64,000 nucleotides of DNA from Octopus sinensis (Eukaryota): positions 68,696,001 through 68,760,000 of the forward strand of contig NC_043004.1 in the NCBI RefSeq assembly GCF_006345805.1, given 5' to 3'. A program made the translations under genes and the position numbers. Of this stretch, positions 1 to 12,479 are shown piece after piece; position 1 is the first letter of the stretch, and every line of letters starts with the position of its first letter. Under the pieces are notes generated by a model. That model ran no database searches and was not told where the DNA came from. It saw only the letters and a program-made list of their open reading frames with translations.

Positions 1-66
1 ATTTTCTACCTTGACATTTTTTTCCATATATATCAACTCATGTGTTCCTTTTCAACTTTCTACATA

Positions 67-1418
67 CATCATCATCATCATCATTGTTCGACCGTGGTCG
101 AGACAATGGAATTTACCATGTTGCGCCAGACTTCACGGTCCATCATAGCATTACGGAGGTCCTGTTGCTGGATGCCTGTATCCCTGGAGATTACATCAGG
201 GTAGGAGAGTGTGCGCCCTCTGGTGTTGCAAGTAGATGGCTTCCAGAGGAGAAGAGTAGAAATTACTTCTTTTTCAGCTCTACAACAATGTCCAGCAAAC
301 TGGACTCTCCTACCTTTCACAAGAGATGACACAGGTGGTAATTTTCCCTATATTTGCATTTTAGTTGGATGACGCTTCCACGAGAGATTTTGAGCTCTCA
401 TAGGAGGCGAGTGTAGGTTCCATCCAACCGCCTCTCAAGCTTCTTTGATAACGTCCAGGTTTCTGAGCCATATAGTAGGATTGGTTCGACTGTGGCTTTG
501 AAGATTTCAAGTTTGAAGTCTCTACTTAGATTTGATGACCAGATCTTATGCATGTCATTACAGCTGACCAGCCATACCCTTTCTAGTTAGAAAGTCTTTC
601 CAGATGATGATATGTGTGACCCAAGATATTTATAATCAGAAACCATATTTAAGGTGCCTGTTGAGAGTGTGGATGATGCAATCACTGTTGGACAGGCACT
701 TGTTTATGTATTCAGTTTTGGTCTCATTGAGGTAACGCCTACACAATTTGAGGCTTGTTCAAGAGATTGTAAAAGAGACTGGGCATTGGAGAGAGAATCA
801 CTGATAAGAGCGATGTCGTCAGCAAAGTCAGTGTCTGTCAAGTACTCAGCTGGGTGTCTGGAACTTCTTCTTGGTTTTATTTCAACCCTTGCCAGAGATG
901 GTATCAACTGACATACGTAGCACATAATCAACAACAATGATGAAAAGAAATGGGGCGAGTGTGTCTCCCTGCAGTATTCCGGCCTCGATCGAGAAAGATG
1001 ATGTTTCTCCATCAGGGGTTAAGATGGTTGAAGACGTATCTGTGTAGAGGACCTTGATGGCAGAAATAATTTTGTCTGGTATCCCATAGAGCTTAAGGAT
1101 TTCAAACATCTTGTACCTATCCACAGAATCGAACGCTTTAGAAAAGTCTACAAATACTATTGCAAGATCGCGATTAAATGCTTTTGATTCTTCAATAAGT
1201 CTGCGCAGGCATAGTATCTGGCTCAGCGAAGACTAAGCTTAACGGTAGCTGAAACATTCTGTGGTCAGAGCCGACAGAACTAAAGGAAGAGTAGGATCTC
1301 GAGTCCTTAACACTATTGCGCCATTTCTTTCGAAGATGAGGTAGTCAATTTGTGCCCTATCACCAAGTGGGGACTCAAATGTCCAAAGTTGACCTTTTGG
1401 TTTCATAAAAGAATTCTT
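67..1418 (-). mobile_element. RTE-clade non-LTR retrotransposon, 5'-truncated and internally deleted
   Basis: Minus-strand translation gives the APE endonuclease end (QIDYLIF...SDHR), RT motifs (FVDFSKAFDSVDR, GILQGDTLAPFLF, FADD) and a C-terminus ending in a (GAT)n tail (catcat at 67-84). Frameshifted; the APE end is fused directly to RT domain 2 near 1230. Confidence 0.9.
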
Positions 1419-1451
1419 ATACATACATACATATACATACATGTATGTATA

Positions 1452-1483
<32 letters not shown>

Positions 1484-1495
1484 CATACATACATA

Positions 1496-1529
<34 letters not shown>

Positions 1530-1561
1530 TATAATAATATATATATATATATATATATATA

Positions 1562-1700
1562 TGCAAAATTGACGATGGCCCATCTGGTGTATGACGGAAC
1601 TTGACACTACTGCCCTCCAGTGTGCCTCGTGTCTCATGTTGAGCCAGTGGGTCGTCTGGTATTGTGGATAGGAGAGTGTCCAGTTTCTTTTGGAAATAAG
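1562..1700 (-). mobile_element. 3' fragment of CR1-like LINE with (AT)n/(GTAT)n tract at 1419-1561
   Basis: Minus translation KKLDTLLSTIPDDP...RAVVSSSVIHQM aligns by eye to KLDLFLSGVPDEP...RAAPSNFLVDQV at the end of the 32372-33595 LINE. Confidence 0.6.
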
Positions 1701-2143
1701 AAATCAGTTTCTAATATATCCTTGTACGCTTTTCTAATATAGCCAACAAATAAATACACCAAGCGAATTATGAAATTCATCTAGTGTTTTCCTAATGCAT
1801 CTAATGGGTTACTAATATACACAATGTTAAATCCTGTTAGTTACGATTTATTAATACATCGAATAAGATATTAATATATACAGCGAGTTACTAATATATA
1901 TAACATATACCCTCAGTTACTAATAAATTTAGTGAGTTTGCAGTCAATATAGTGTGTTACTAATAAAAGAGGTGAGTTAGTAATAAAATTTCAGACTGAT
2001 TTCTTTGAAATATTTCCAATTGAAGAAGCTGCGGAAATTATTAACTTTCGGTCGGTTTTACTCTGAAGAATAATGTTTAGAAATAGTAAATCAGAAACAT
2101 TGGAATTATATTGGCTTCCTCTGTATTTTGCCATCATTTCTGT

Positions 2144-2244
2144 TCTCTCTCTCTCTTTCTCACTCTTTGATTCTATTTATCTCACTCACTGTTTTTCTCT
2201 CTTTCTCTCTGTTATCTGTGTTGATATCTATCTATCTATATCTA

Positions 2245-2328
<84 letters not shown>

Positions 2329-2452
2329 GATCTATCTATCTATCTATCTATCTTACTGCCACTGTCTCTGTCTTTGCTTATCTATCTGTGTGTTCCTCTA
2401 CCTACTCCCTTTTTGCTTCTTTTTCTCTATGTTTCTGTATGTCTGTGTGTCC

Positions 2453-2518
<66 letters not shown>

Positions 2519-2680
2519 ATATATATATATATATGTTTATATGTGTATATATACACCACGTATACACATATATGAGTGTACATATATATACACACACATG
2601 CACACATACATACATATATATCACACATAAATAACAAATATATATATGTATATATGTATATATATATAAATAATATATAT

Positions 2681-2712
<32 letters not shown>

Positions 2713-2730
2713 CTATATATATATACACGG
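2144..2730. repeat. Compound microsatellite (CT)n/(CTAT)n/(AT)n
   Basis: Directly visible tandem runs. Confidence 0.95.
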
Positions 2731-3442
2731 ATTGAGTGAGAGTGAAAGAGAGTGAGGTCGATGATGCAGGTGAAAAATAACTTATCTATCTATCTATCTA
2801 TTTATCACAACATACTCACACACACATGCATACACACACACACGCACACACACATACACATATATATATATTGCATTTATCCATATATAAGGCCTGATTC
2901 ACTCCACTTCTCTCTAGCTTTGCATTCTTCATCCATACTTCCTACCTATCTGTTTACATAGCCATTCCGCAATCTCAGACTCTTTCGCATTCTCATTCTT
3001 GCAATACATTTTTATATTACCATCTCGGCAAGCCAAATTTTTCCCACACTTCCTCCTCTATTTCCTTTTCTCCTCACATTTACTCTATTTGACCCCACCA
3101 CCACAACCAGTACCACCACCACCACCACCACCACCATATTTGAAATGTCGCCTCCTTCTCGAATCACCCCCACCTACTCTATACTCATCGCTAAAAACCA
3201 AAAGACCAAAGATGCTACGTTGCTCTTATAGGTAACGGCTAATGTTTCTACACACACAGGCAGTGACTCATCATCAATAATATTAATCTTCTTCTCTGGT
3301 TTAAACTACTCCGACAGATCGATGAACCAATAATATTCTCTTCTGATCGCTTATTTTCTTTGATCCTATTCCAATTGCGTGAATTCTCTTTCCCGCCTCA
3401 CACAAATAATGTCACCATGTCGTCATGAGAGATGTCGGCTTA

Positions 3443-3527
3443 ATCTTATATATACTTACATACATACATACATATATATATATATTATATCTACACACAC
3501 AAAGACACATACACATGTATATATGCA

Positions 3528-3581
<54 letters not shown>

Positions 3582-3935
3582 TACACACACACATATATAA
3601 TATATATATATAAACATACACACACATAATATATGTACATGCATATATATTATATATATATATATGTATATATATATATGTATATATATATATGTATATA
3701 TATATGTATATATATATGTATATATATATATATGTATATATATATGCATACATATATATATATATATATATATATGGTATATATACATATAGAGGTATAC
3801 ATTACATACACATATACACATATACATATATAAGCGTGCATACACATGTATATCTACTTATGCATATATATATATATACATATAGGTATGCATAAACACA
3901 CATGCACACATATACACGCGCACACACACACCTGT
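3443..3935. repeat. (TA)n/(CA)n microsatellite tract
   Basis: Directly visible; source of the YIYI ORFs. Confidence 0.95.
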
Positions 3936-4058
3936 ATATATTCCTAGTAGCCATTTTAATTTTTTTACTTCATAATTCTAAACCTATATTGACGTATATT
4001 ATGATCAATAGATTAATATGTCAAGTATATTACTAGAAACTTGTTGCAACACTATTCA

Positions 4059-4121
4059 AAATGACGTCATTTGTGCATCAGTTTCGATACTGGCCGCCAT
4101 ATTTTTCTCTTACAGGTGAGT
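4059..4121 (+). promoter_or_regulatory. Candidate Pol II promoter and short non-coding first exon, or recursive splice site
   Basis: Perfect 14-bp CRE palindrome AAATGACGTCATTT (4059-4072), Inr-like TCAGTT (4078-4083), YY1-like GCCGCCATATT (4093-4103), then TTTTTCTCTTACAG|GTGAGT with GT at 4116-4117. Confidence 0.5.
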
Positions 4122-4711
4122 TTATTATTTGCTCTTTTTTCTAACCTTTTATGGTAAATAAGAATTTTCTGTACCAATCCTAATCTTTTAATACTCGTCT
4201 TATTCGTACACTTCTTCTTTGCACGTGATTTTATTCCTTTTTCTTATTCCTATTGAAATCTCCTACCACTGGTTGTGGTGATAACTTGTCAAACTGCCAA
4301 CTGGAGAATTCATTGCTTGTATGCTTCACCAAAGTAGCTGTTGATTTTGTTGTTGTTCAGTCCTTAGTCAGCTCTCATTGAGTAGGCCTACGATCAAAAG
4401 CTGTGATTAGCCATAAACTTCCCACCTTTTATTTGAGGCATAGTGTATCTAGAAATACATTAAATAATGTGTTCTTTTACGACGGTATCAGTTGATTTGA
4501 ACGAGATTTGGTTGTTATTTATAGCAGGTCGGACGAGCAAATAAAGATTCCCGTCTGGTCACGAGTCAGTGATTAAGACACTTCTTTCTCATGTTGCTCA
4601 AAGTAATAAATAGGTTGATGTTCTTTCGCCCAACGTTAGCTCTGACTGAGACGACTTATGATCAAATGTTTTCGCAGGACATACTAATCCTTTTTCATGT
4701 TTACAGTATCT

Positions 4712-4815
4712 TTTATCTTTTACTTGTTTCAGTCATTAGATTGCGGCCATGCTGGGACACTGCCTCGAAGACTTTTAGCCGAACGAGTTCATTGCAGTAC
4801 TTATTTATTTTAGAA
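4712..4815 (-). mobile_element. SINE 3' fragment (family with CR1-type tail)
   Basis: ttttacttgtttcagtcattagattgcggccatgctgg matches the tails of the full SINE copies at 17746-18168 and 28058-28544. Confidence 0.8.
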
Positions 4816-5102
4816 AAGTTTCATGGTATGAAAATTCCTCACTTGGCCCTGGTTTAGGCATTGAGAAACCCTCTCAACTGTGCTTCAATTAATATCAAAT
4901 CTTCCTCTAACGATATTGTATAATCTTAAAAGGGATACATTCCATAAAAATAGTCAGATGCTCTAGGTCTCTGATAGAATGATTTCGGCATTGTGCCTGC
5001 TTTAGCTGGGTTGACCTGGGGTTAAGTAGCCACAAAAAAATGCGCTAATGACATGGACAGCATTGGTGATGATCATAAGTGATGATAACACATCTCACTA
5101 TT

Positions 5103-5640
5103 ATGGGCATTATATTATGTCCGTCGGTCTGTCTGTCTGTCTGTCTGTCTATCTGTTCCCTCTTCACCGTCAAATGGCTGGAACAATGGTCACAATATTT
5201 TTCAGAGTTACGAAGGAGTTAATCAGGAAGTTTATTAGCGAAAAAAATATGAAAAAGTATGATTATTAAGTGGATATTGACTTTTGTATTAATAAATCAC
5301 CATTGATTGTTTTTCGTTACAATTTCGGCGACGAGGATTAACTCTGGATTCCCTACCCGATTGCGTATAATTCATGAATTTAGAGGGTGTAAATTTGCGA
5401 CACTGTCTATTTATTTCCCATCTACGATGGGAAGATTTGCTATTTTAATATAATGGGCGTTATGTCTGTCTGTCTGTCTCTTTGTCTCCTCACGGCCGGA
5501 CGGTTGGACCAATGGTTACGATATTTTTCAGGATTACAAAGACTGTCGTGAGGAAAGTTTTTAGCATTAAAATGTCAGGAAGTATGATTATTTCGTGGAT
5601 ATCAATTTTTGAATTGATAAACCACATGTTTAGCTTTAAG
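5103..5640. mobile_element. Tandem dimer (~350-bp period) of a probable Helentron-associated non-autonomous element (DINE-1/HINE-like)
   Basis: Two diverged copies start at atgggc (5103, 5453), each with a (GTCT)n tract followed by a cgg(c/t)tgga(a/c)caatggt motif. A perfect hairpin TTCCCATC-TAC-GATGGGAA (5415-5433) lies at the end of copy 1. Confidence 0.5.
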
Positions 5641-5689
5641 AGATGAGGAATTATGTATATTGTTTACATTATTTAGATTATTTACATTT

Positions 5690-5795
5690 GAAGGATATTT
5701 GTCCTCATCTTGTTTGTTGTTAAACAACGTTTCGGCTGATACACCCTCCAGCCTTCATCAGGTGTCTTGCAGAAACTTCGAATCCAGGTTCCATA
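5690..5795 (-). mobile_element. Penelope-like pseudo-LTR fragment (family F) with degenerate minimal HHR at 5721-5766
   Basis: Minus strand reads GACAC-CTGATGA-A-GGCTG..CAGCC-GAAA-CG-TT-GTTTA; second copy on + at 51722-51856. Confidence 0.7.
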
Positions 5796-7357
5796 ACAAC
5801 AACATCACTAGTGACAACAGTAATACTTGTGGACAAGCTAATAACATCATTAGTCTGTAATCGATCAACTTGTAAGAAAGAGTAGCCAAATCTCCCGCAA
5901 ACCACACGCTAACTCCTAAGGTTAAAAATAAAATGCACATTACTTTAGATGATGTAATCAATGATATAGAAAACGAATGGATGATCGTGACTGGAAGGCC
6001 TACGGTTATGTCACGGGTCTGTTCGACGGGAGCTCAGCTCAAATTAATCGGCAACAACAACAATAGCAACAACAACAGCAGCAGCAAAAACAACTCTACT
6101 CCTCGTGACAGGAGTATATTCCCCCAAGTCGGAATATAAGCCATGATCTATTCAAAAGTATCATCCCTTGAGCTACAGACTGGCTTTATGAGCAAAATAT
6201 CATCTACACTATATACATTATTACGTCATACAAATACACACACACACACACACACAACACATATAGACTTTAAACATACTGTAAGAAATCATATATGAGG
6301 TAAATTTAATATTATAAAACTTTATAGCATCTGAAGACATAAATGGCTATAACAGAATATACATCTGTTAATTTATTTCGAAGTTAAATATTCTGTCTGT
6401 CACCTGTCTGAGATTCCACCTTAATGATAATAAGGTTAACGTTATTAAATATGAATTCATAACAGCCGTATGAGACTTCTAATTAGATTCTTGGACAATC
6501 TATTTAGAACCATTAACAAGATAAGATGATAATAATTAGTACATCGATATCCAAATAAGGAGTGTTCATGCTGTTTAACCCAAGGTCAGTGATATTCAAG
6601 CAAAGTTATGATCAATTAACTCCAGACTTCCCAATGTTATTCTTTTGCAGGCATTGTGTAGTATATTTATACAGTTTCTTCTTGAAGTACGTAGAATGCG
6701 ATTAAAGGATAATTTGGCTGCTATTTCTGATATTTCTAACAGCTCGTGTGGACATATACAGAGTAGACGACCTCGTCTTTGCATCAAAATTACAACACAA
6801 ACTGAAATATTCAGTGCAGAATACAAGATTATCAGCTAACTGAACGCATCTTTCAGTGTTACCAGAAAGCATTTCTTCAATCACAATCCAACCCAGCACT
6901 TTTGAACAGGAATATCATAGAAGAGCGCTTTTAGTTATTTCATTTGTGGTCACTTGAATAAAAATTGTATTAGAAACGATAAACATTTCTAAGCGACTAC
7001 AATGACTTAGAAATCTACTATTTAAATATTCCACCAAGCAATTAGTACAGTTGCTGACACTTTATCAGAAATTCCGAAATCTGAACACCTCCAAAATTCG
7101 AAATTTTATCGATTGAGAGAAACCTACAACTTGGAAATTCCTAAAAGAAAAGGGAGTTAGTGTTGTAGGTGAGCATTAAAAACGAAAGTTTAAAAACCAG
7201 AAGGGACAAGAAGCTGTTATATATAGGTTAGAAGTTTAAATGGGAGACCTGTTTTAGTGGAAAGTAGACTGTTCCTAAAGTGTAACTTACATTCTGTGCT
7301 AAAATGGACGAGCTCCAATTTACATAAAAATTATTTCCGAGTATATCATTAGTCTGT

Positions 7358-7790
7358 CACTTGTTTCAGTCATTGGATTGCAGCCATGCTGAGGTCCAGC
7401 TTAAAAGGATTTTTTAGCCGAAATAGTCTACCCTAGTATTTATTATTTTAAGGCTTGTATTTACTCTATCGGCCTCTTATACCGAAGCAGTAAGTTACAG
7501 AAAGCATAAACGAATGGACCTCGGTTGTCAAGTCGTGGTGGGGGACAAACACAAACACAAACACATACGCACATACCATGATACATACATTTAAATACAT
7601 AAACATATATGCTCACACACAAACGTGCGCGCACACACACATGTATGAAGTGGGTTGCAACACCATTTCGGCTTATCAAACTGATACGCATGGCATTGGC
7701 CTGCTCGGGGCTATAATAGAAACACTTGCCGAAGGTATCGCGCTGTGGAGGTGAACCCGAAACCAAGCGTTTGCATAAGGACATTCTTAA
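7358..7790 (-). mobile_element. tRNA-derived SINE, diverged (family with internal microsatellite and CR1-type tail)
   Basis: Collinear with the copy at 17746-18168. Confidence 0.75.
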
Positions 7791-7869
7791 CAAATAGATA
7801 TTATAAAATAAAAATAGTTAATATGTTTAGACGTGGTTGGCATACGGAATTCGTTTTCTTTATCTCTCT

Positions 7870-7920
<51 letters not shown>

Positions 7921-8225
7921 TATATATATATATATTTATTATATATTATATATATATATTATATATATAATATATAATATACATATATATATATATGAAT
8001 ATATATATTATATATATATATATATATATTATAAATATACACATATATATATACATATATATATATATGTGAATATAATATAATATATAACATATATATA
8101 TATATATATATAATATATATATATATATAATATATATATATAATAGATATATATATATACATATATATAATATATGAATATACATATATATATATATATA
8201 TACATACATATATATATATATATAT

Positions 8226-8325
8226 ATTTCAACAATTGAGGGTAAAATTAGTTCAGTATGTGGCAAAGTAATTTATTTTACTAAGCCCTTTTATATTAAT
8301 GTAATAATATATATATATATATATC

Positions 8326-8356
<31 letters not shown>

Positions 8357-8459
8357 TATATAAAAGGGCTTAGTAAAATAAATTACTTTGCCGCATACTG
8401 AACTCATTAGAAATAGCAGCCAAAAAACTTTTTTAAAGCTATTTCTAATACTTAAAGAA
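8226..8459. mobile_element. Rearranged fragments of HHR family C element inside a (TA)n tract
   Basis: Near-identical to parts of the 48812-50707 array. Inverted arms at 8250-8296 and 8358-8404 flank (TA)n. Confidence 0.85.
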
Positions 8460-8545
8460 TATATATATATATATTATATATATATATATGCATATATATA
8501 TATATATATGAATATATATATATATGAATATATATATATATCATA

Positions 8546-8609
<64 letters not shown>

Positions 8610-8680
8610 TATATATATATATATGAATATATATATATATATATATATATATGAATATATATATATATTGATATACAATC

Positions 8681-8724
<44 letters not shown>

Positions 8725-8742
8725 GAATAACATATATATATG

Positions 8743-8773
<31 letters not shown>

Positions 8774-8871
8774 GAATATATATATATAACATATATATGA
8801 TGAATATATATATATACATATCTATATGAATATATTATATATATGCATATATTTTTTTTATTTTTTTATTT

Positions 8872-9605
8872 TTATCTAGTTTCAGCTCACAAGCTGTGCC
8901 ATGCTGGGGCAAAGCCATTTGTGTTGCTACATGATTTTACTTCACGAATGCTTTTTAGCAATTGCCATTGGTGCATGAGAGAGTTCGATGCAGCTGCCCT
9001 CATCTGCACCTCCTGCTGTGAAGTTGGTTCATCTGGGACACCCTGACAGGAAGAGATCCAGTTTTATTTTAAATACATCTGCCTCCACCCCATGCAGGTC
9101 TCTTAGGTTTCCTTCGGGAGGATATTGAAGAGCTGTGGGCCTCGGAACCCAGGCTATCACATATCTCGTCGTACATCTTGATGGCAATTTGGAGTCCTTT
9201 GCACTATGCATGGCGCCCAATTCTGGCATTTGTGTAACTCTAGATGCCAATGTTCGGGACAAAGTCCTTCTAGATCTTCCAGATGTATATTGTGGCATAT
9301 CTTCTCGCCTACGCTCTGAGGAATAGAGTCTCAATCTCTTGAGTCTTTCCCATATTATATGCTGCCCAGAGGCTATCTTCTTCGTGTAGCTTCATGGATC
9401 GCCTCAAGTTCTGTGATTAACTTGACACTGGATGGTGACCATAGCTGAGAGCAATAGTCAAAGTGGCTTCTTAGGGCAAGTGTCCTCAGAGAGGACCATC
9501 ATGGTTTCTGGTCTCTTGTTCTAAAGGTTCTAAGAATCCATCCGGTCAGCCGCCTACATTCATTGCCAATTAGCAACATCATATGAAAGGTTGCATCATC
9601 ACTCA
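8872..9605 (-). mobile_element. CR1-like LINE 3' fragment
   Basis: Minus translation GWILRTFRTR..., DYCSQLWSP, LRDLHGVEADVFKIKLDLFLSG matches the 32372-33595 element; 3' stem-loop tail at 8872-8915. Confidence 0.85.
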
Positions 9606-10322
9606 TCACTCTAAAAAATTTCGTTATTACCATATTGGTCCAATTTCGGGGTTAATTCGTAAGAAATTTTCCCCTCGTCAGCGGCAAATACGCGAGATAT
9701 AAGTGAAATACTTACTCATACCCACTGGAAAAGCAAGCACTAAGTCCCGAGCAGACCTAAGTACCCCAAATATATCCAAAATAGAAAAAATCTTCGGCAC
9801 ATCTCGAGACACGTGTGATTCGAACTAGAAACTTTCACAGCGTAAGAGAATCCGGAAGTGAACACTTTTCAATTTATAACTAATGTAGGATAAAATTTTT
9901 TTCGGGAAAAAATTTTATCAATGGCCGGCATATCAAAAAATACCTTTAAAGGTTAAATTTATAAATATTTTACTTAATTGCAAAATACTGATTCAAAAAT
10001 AACCTGCAGAGCCTTGTATACATGGATTATACAAATAATGTATATAAGTCGAAACAAATTGCAGGCTGCTTTGGTTTTTTAATAATTTTTTATGTTATGT
10101 TATCTTGTATTATATTATATTATATTATATTATATTAAGATACAAATGGTTGTTAGATTGTCAATTGTATTTCTCTGTTTCATTTATTGTTTCTATTTTG
10201 TCATTCATACCCCTATTTCTGTGGTTTTCAACTGTCGTACCAGTGAATTGGATGTTTTACACACCATTGACGGAATTTTTTCCTTCCTTTGTTACATTAT
10301 AGCATACACATATAGATTTCAA

Positions 10323-10523
10323 GTTTTGGCACAAGGTCAGTAATTTCGGGTATGGGTAAGTCGATTACATCGACTTCAGTGCTCCACTGGTTCTTATTTT
10401 ATCGACCCCGAAGGGATGAAAGGCAAAGTGCAACTCGGCGGAATTTGAGCTCCGTAAAGAGGAACGAAATGCCGCTAAGCATTTTGCCCTGCGTGTTAAT
10501 GATTCTTCCAGTTCGCCGCCTTA
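10323..10523 (-). mobile_element. tRNA-derived SINE (family 1)
   Basis: Reverse complement of the taaggcggcga...gagttcaaattccgccgaggtcgactttgcctttcatcc consensus seen at 15759 and 42148. Confidence 0.85.
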
Positions 10524-10529
10524 TATAGT

Positions 10530-10812
10530 ATTCTTCTTAATCCTTTTTGCTCCTTGTGGAGTATAGGACCGGTTTCCCGGTTTCCTTGGCATATAGGTTC
10601 CCCACCTGGACGGGACGCCGGTCCGTCGCAGGTGAGTTGCAAGATGCAGGAGGAAAGAGTGAAAGAAAGTTGTGGTGAAAGAGTCAGCAGAAGCTCGCCA
10701 TTACCACCTGCCGGAGCCGCGTGGAGCTTATAAACACACACATCATCCGGTCTGAGATTCGAACCTGCGATTCCTCGACCGCGAATCCGCTGCTCTAGCC
10801 ACTAGGCCATGT
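10530..10812 (-). mobile_element. tRNA-derived SINE (family 2 variant)
   Basis: Minus strand has A-box (tggcctagtggctagagc) and B-box (ggttcgaatc); similar copy at 41230-41515. Confidence 0.8.
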
Positions 10813-10829
10813 GAATATATGGCCATATG

Positions 10830-11220
10830 AATATATTAGATATATATGTAACGACGTAAATATAATTATAGATGTTACAAAACAAATATATTCGTTATAA
10901 GCATTACGAAATTTTAAGCACAAGTATTGCGACGTAAAAATATTAAGCACAGACATTATGACAACACAATAAGTATAGGTGTTACGACGTAAACATAAAT
11001 AATATGACGTAAATATATTAAGCATGGTCATTATGACGCAAATATATGACGTATACACAATATGACTAAAATATATTAAACAAAGACAATCTAAATACAC
11101 TGAAGACACCATGAAAAATATATTAAATTTAGACATGATATAAATGTATTTATGTATAGATAGTATAACGTGAAAATATACATTAAAGACATCATGACGT
11201 AAATATGTTACTACATAAAA
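10830..11220. repeat. Degenerate minisatellite (~28-30 bp, core ATGACGTAAATATATTAA)
   Basis: gacgtaaa/atgacg core recurs about ten times at irregular spacing. Confidence 0.6.
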
Positions 11221-11382
11221 ATAATAATAAGTAATGAAGGTTATTATTTTTATAGATAATTCTATGGTTTGTGTCTGATGTGATAACGAAAAGCGGCTTC
11301 AAGAGGATTAACAGATAGATTTAATGGTGTTAATCAACTTTATATTTCCCTGAAGTTTATCGTGTTGTGCTTACGCTAAATT

Positions 11383-11383
<1 letters not shown>

Positions 11384-11446
<63 letters not shown>

Positions 11447-11472
11447 ACTACTACTACTACTATATCTATATT

Positions 11473-11513
<41 letters not shown>

Positions 11514-11540
11514 TATCTATATTTACTACTACTACTACTA

Positions 11541-11572
<32 letters not shown>

Positions 11573-11586
11573 ATAATAATAATAAT
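11384..11586. repeat. (CTA)n/(CTG)n/(TAA)n trinucleotide tract
   Basis: Directly visible. Confidence 0.95.
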
Positions 11587-11594
11587 GGTTACGG

Positions 11595-11990
11595 ATTTTG
11601 CCACAAGTGCAGCAATTTTGGGAGGAGAGGATGAGTTGTTACATCAAGTGGTACTTATTTTATCGATCCCGGAAGGATGAAAGGTAAAGTCGACATTGGT
11701 CGTCTTATCGGTAATAATAATAATAATAATAATACTTTCTACCGGAGGCATAAAGCCTCAAATTTGTGGAGAGGGGGACAAGTTGATTACATTGACCCCC
11801 AGTGTTTCACAGGTACTTCAGTGATTGATCCCGAAAGAATGAAAGAAAAAGTCAACCCCAGCGGAATTTGAACTCGGGAGTTCAAATTCCACCGAGGTCG
11901 ACTTTGCTTATTATCCTCTCGGGGTCGATGCTATCAACTAGTCCCCTTCGCCCACAATTTCTGCTCTTATGCCATTGGTAGATATTATTA
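11595..11990. mobile_element. Cluster of SINE family 1 fragments in both orientations
   Basis: Repeated tatcgatccc..gatgaaaggtaaagtcgac and gagttcaaattcc motifs. Confidence 0.75.
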
Positions 11991-12008
11991 TTATTATCAT
12001 TATTATTT

Positions 12009-12380
12009 TAGGAGGAAGCACTCCGTCGGTTACGACGACGAGGTTTCCGGTTGATCCGATCAACGGAACAGCCTGCTCGTGAAATTAACGTGTAAGTGGC
12101 TGAGTACTCCACAGACACGTGAACCCTTAACGTAGTTCTCGGGGATATTCAGCGTGACACAGAGAGTGACAAGGCCGGCCCTTTGAAATACAGGTACGAC
12201 AGAAACAGGAAGTAAAAGTGAGAGAAAGTTGTGGTGAAAGAGTACAGCAGGGATCACCGCCATCCCTGTCGGAGCCTCGTGGAGCTTTAGGTGTTTTCGC
12301 TCAATAAACACTCACAATGCCCGGTCTGGGAATCGAAACCGCGAGTCCGCTGCCCTAACCACTGGGCCATTGCGCCTCCA
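12009..12380 (-). mobile_element. tRNA-derived SINE (family 2), near full length
   Basis: Minus strand starts tggaggcgcaatggcccagtggttaggg; collinear with the + copy at 43581-43943. Confidence 0.85.
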
Positions 12381-12382
12381 CT

Positions 12383-12394
12383 ATCATCATTATC

Positions 12395-12479
<85 letters not shown>

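Noticed and set aside
6637-6839. Acceptor-like ttcttttgcag followed by a 63-codon open frame
   Set aside because: It runs through a recurrent old repeat motif (gatttggctgctatttct), has no good donor and gives no recognisable protein.
9620-9960. Segment ending gccggcatatc...aaaggttaa (piggyBac-like end) with a CCGGAAGTG ETS motif
   Set aside because: Only one putative end and no matching TTAA/TIR partner; a single ETS site is not evidence of a promoter.
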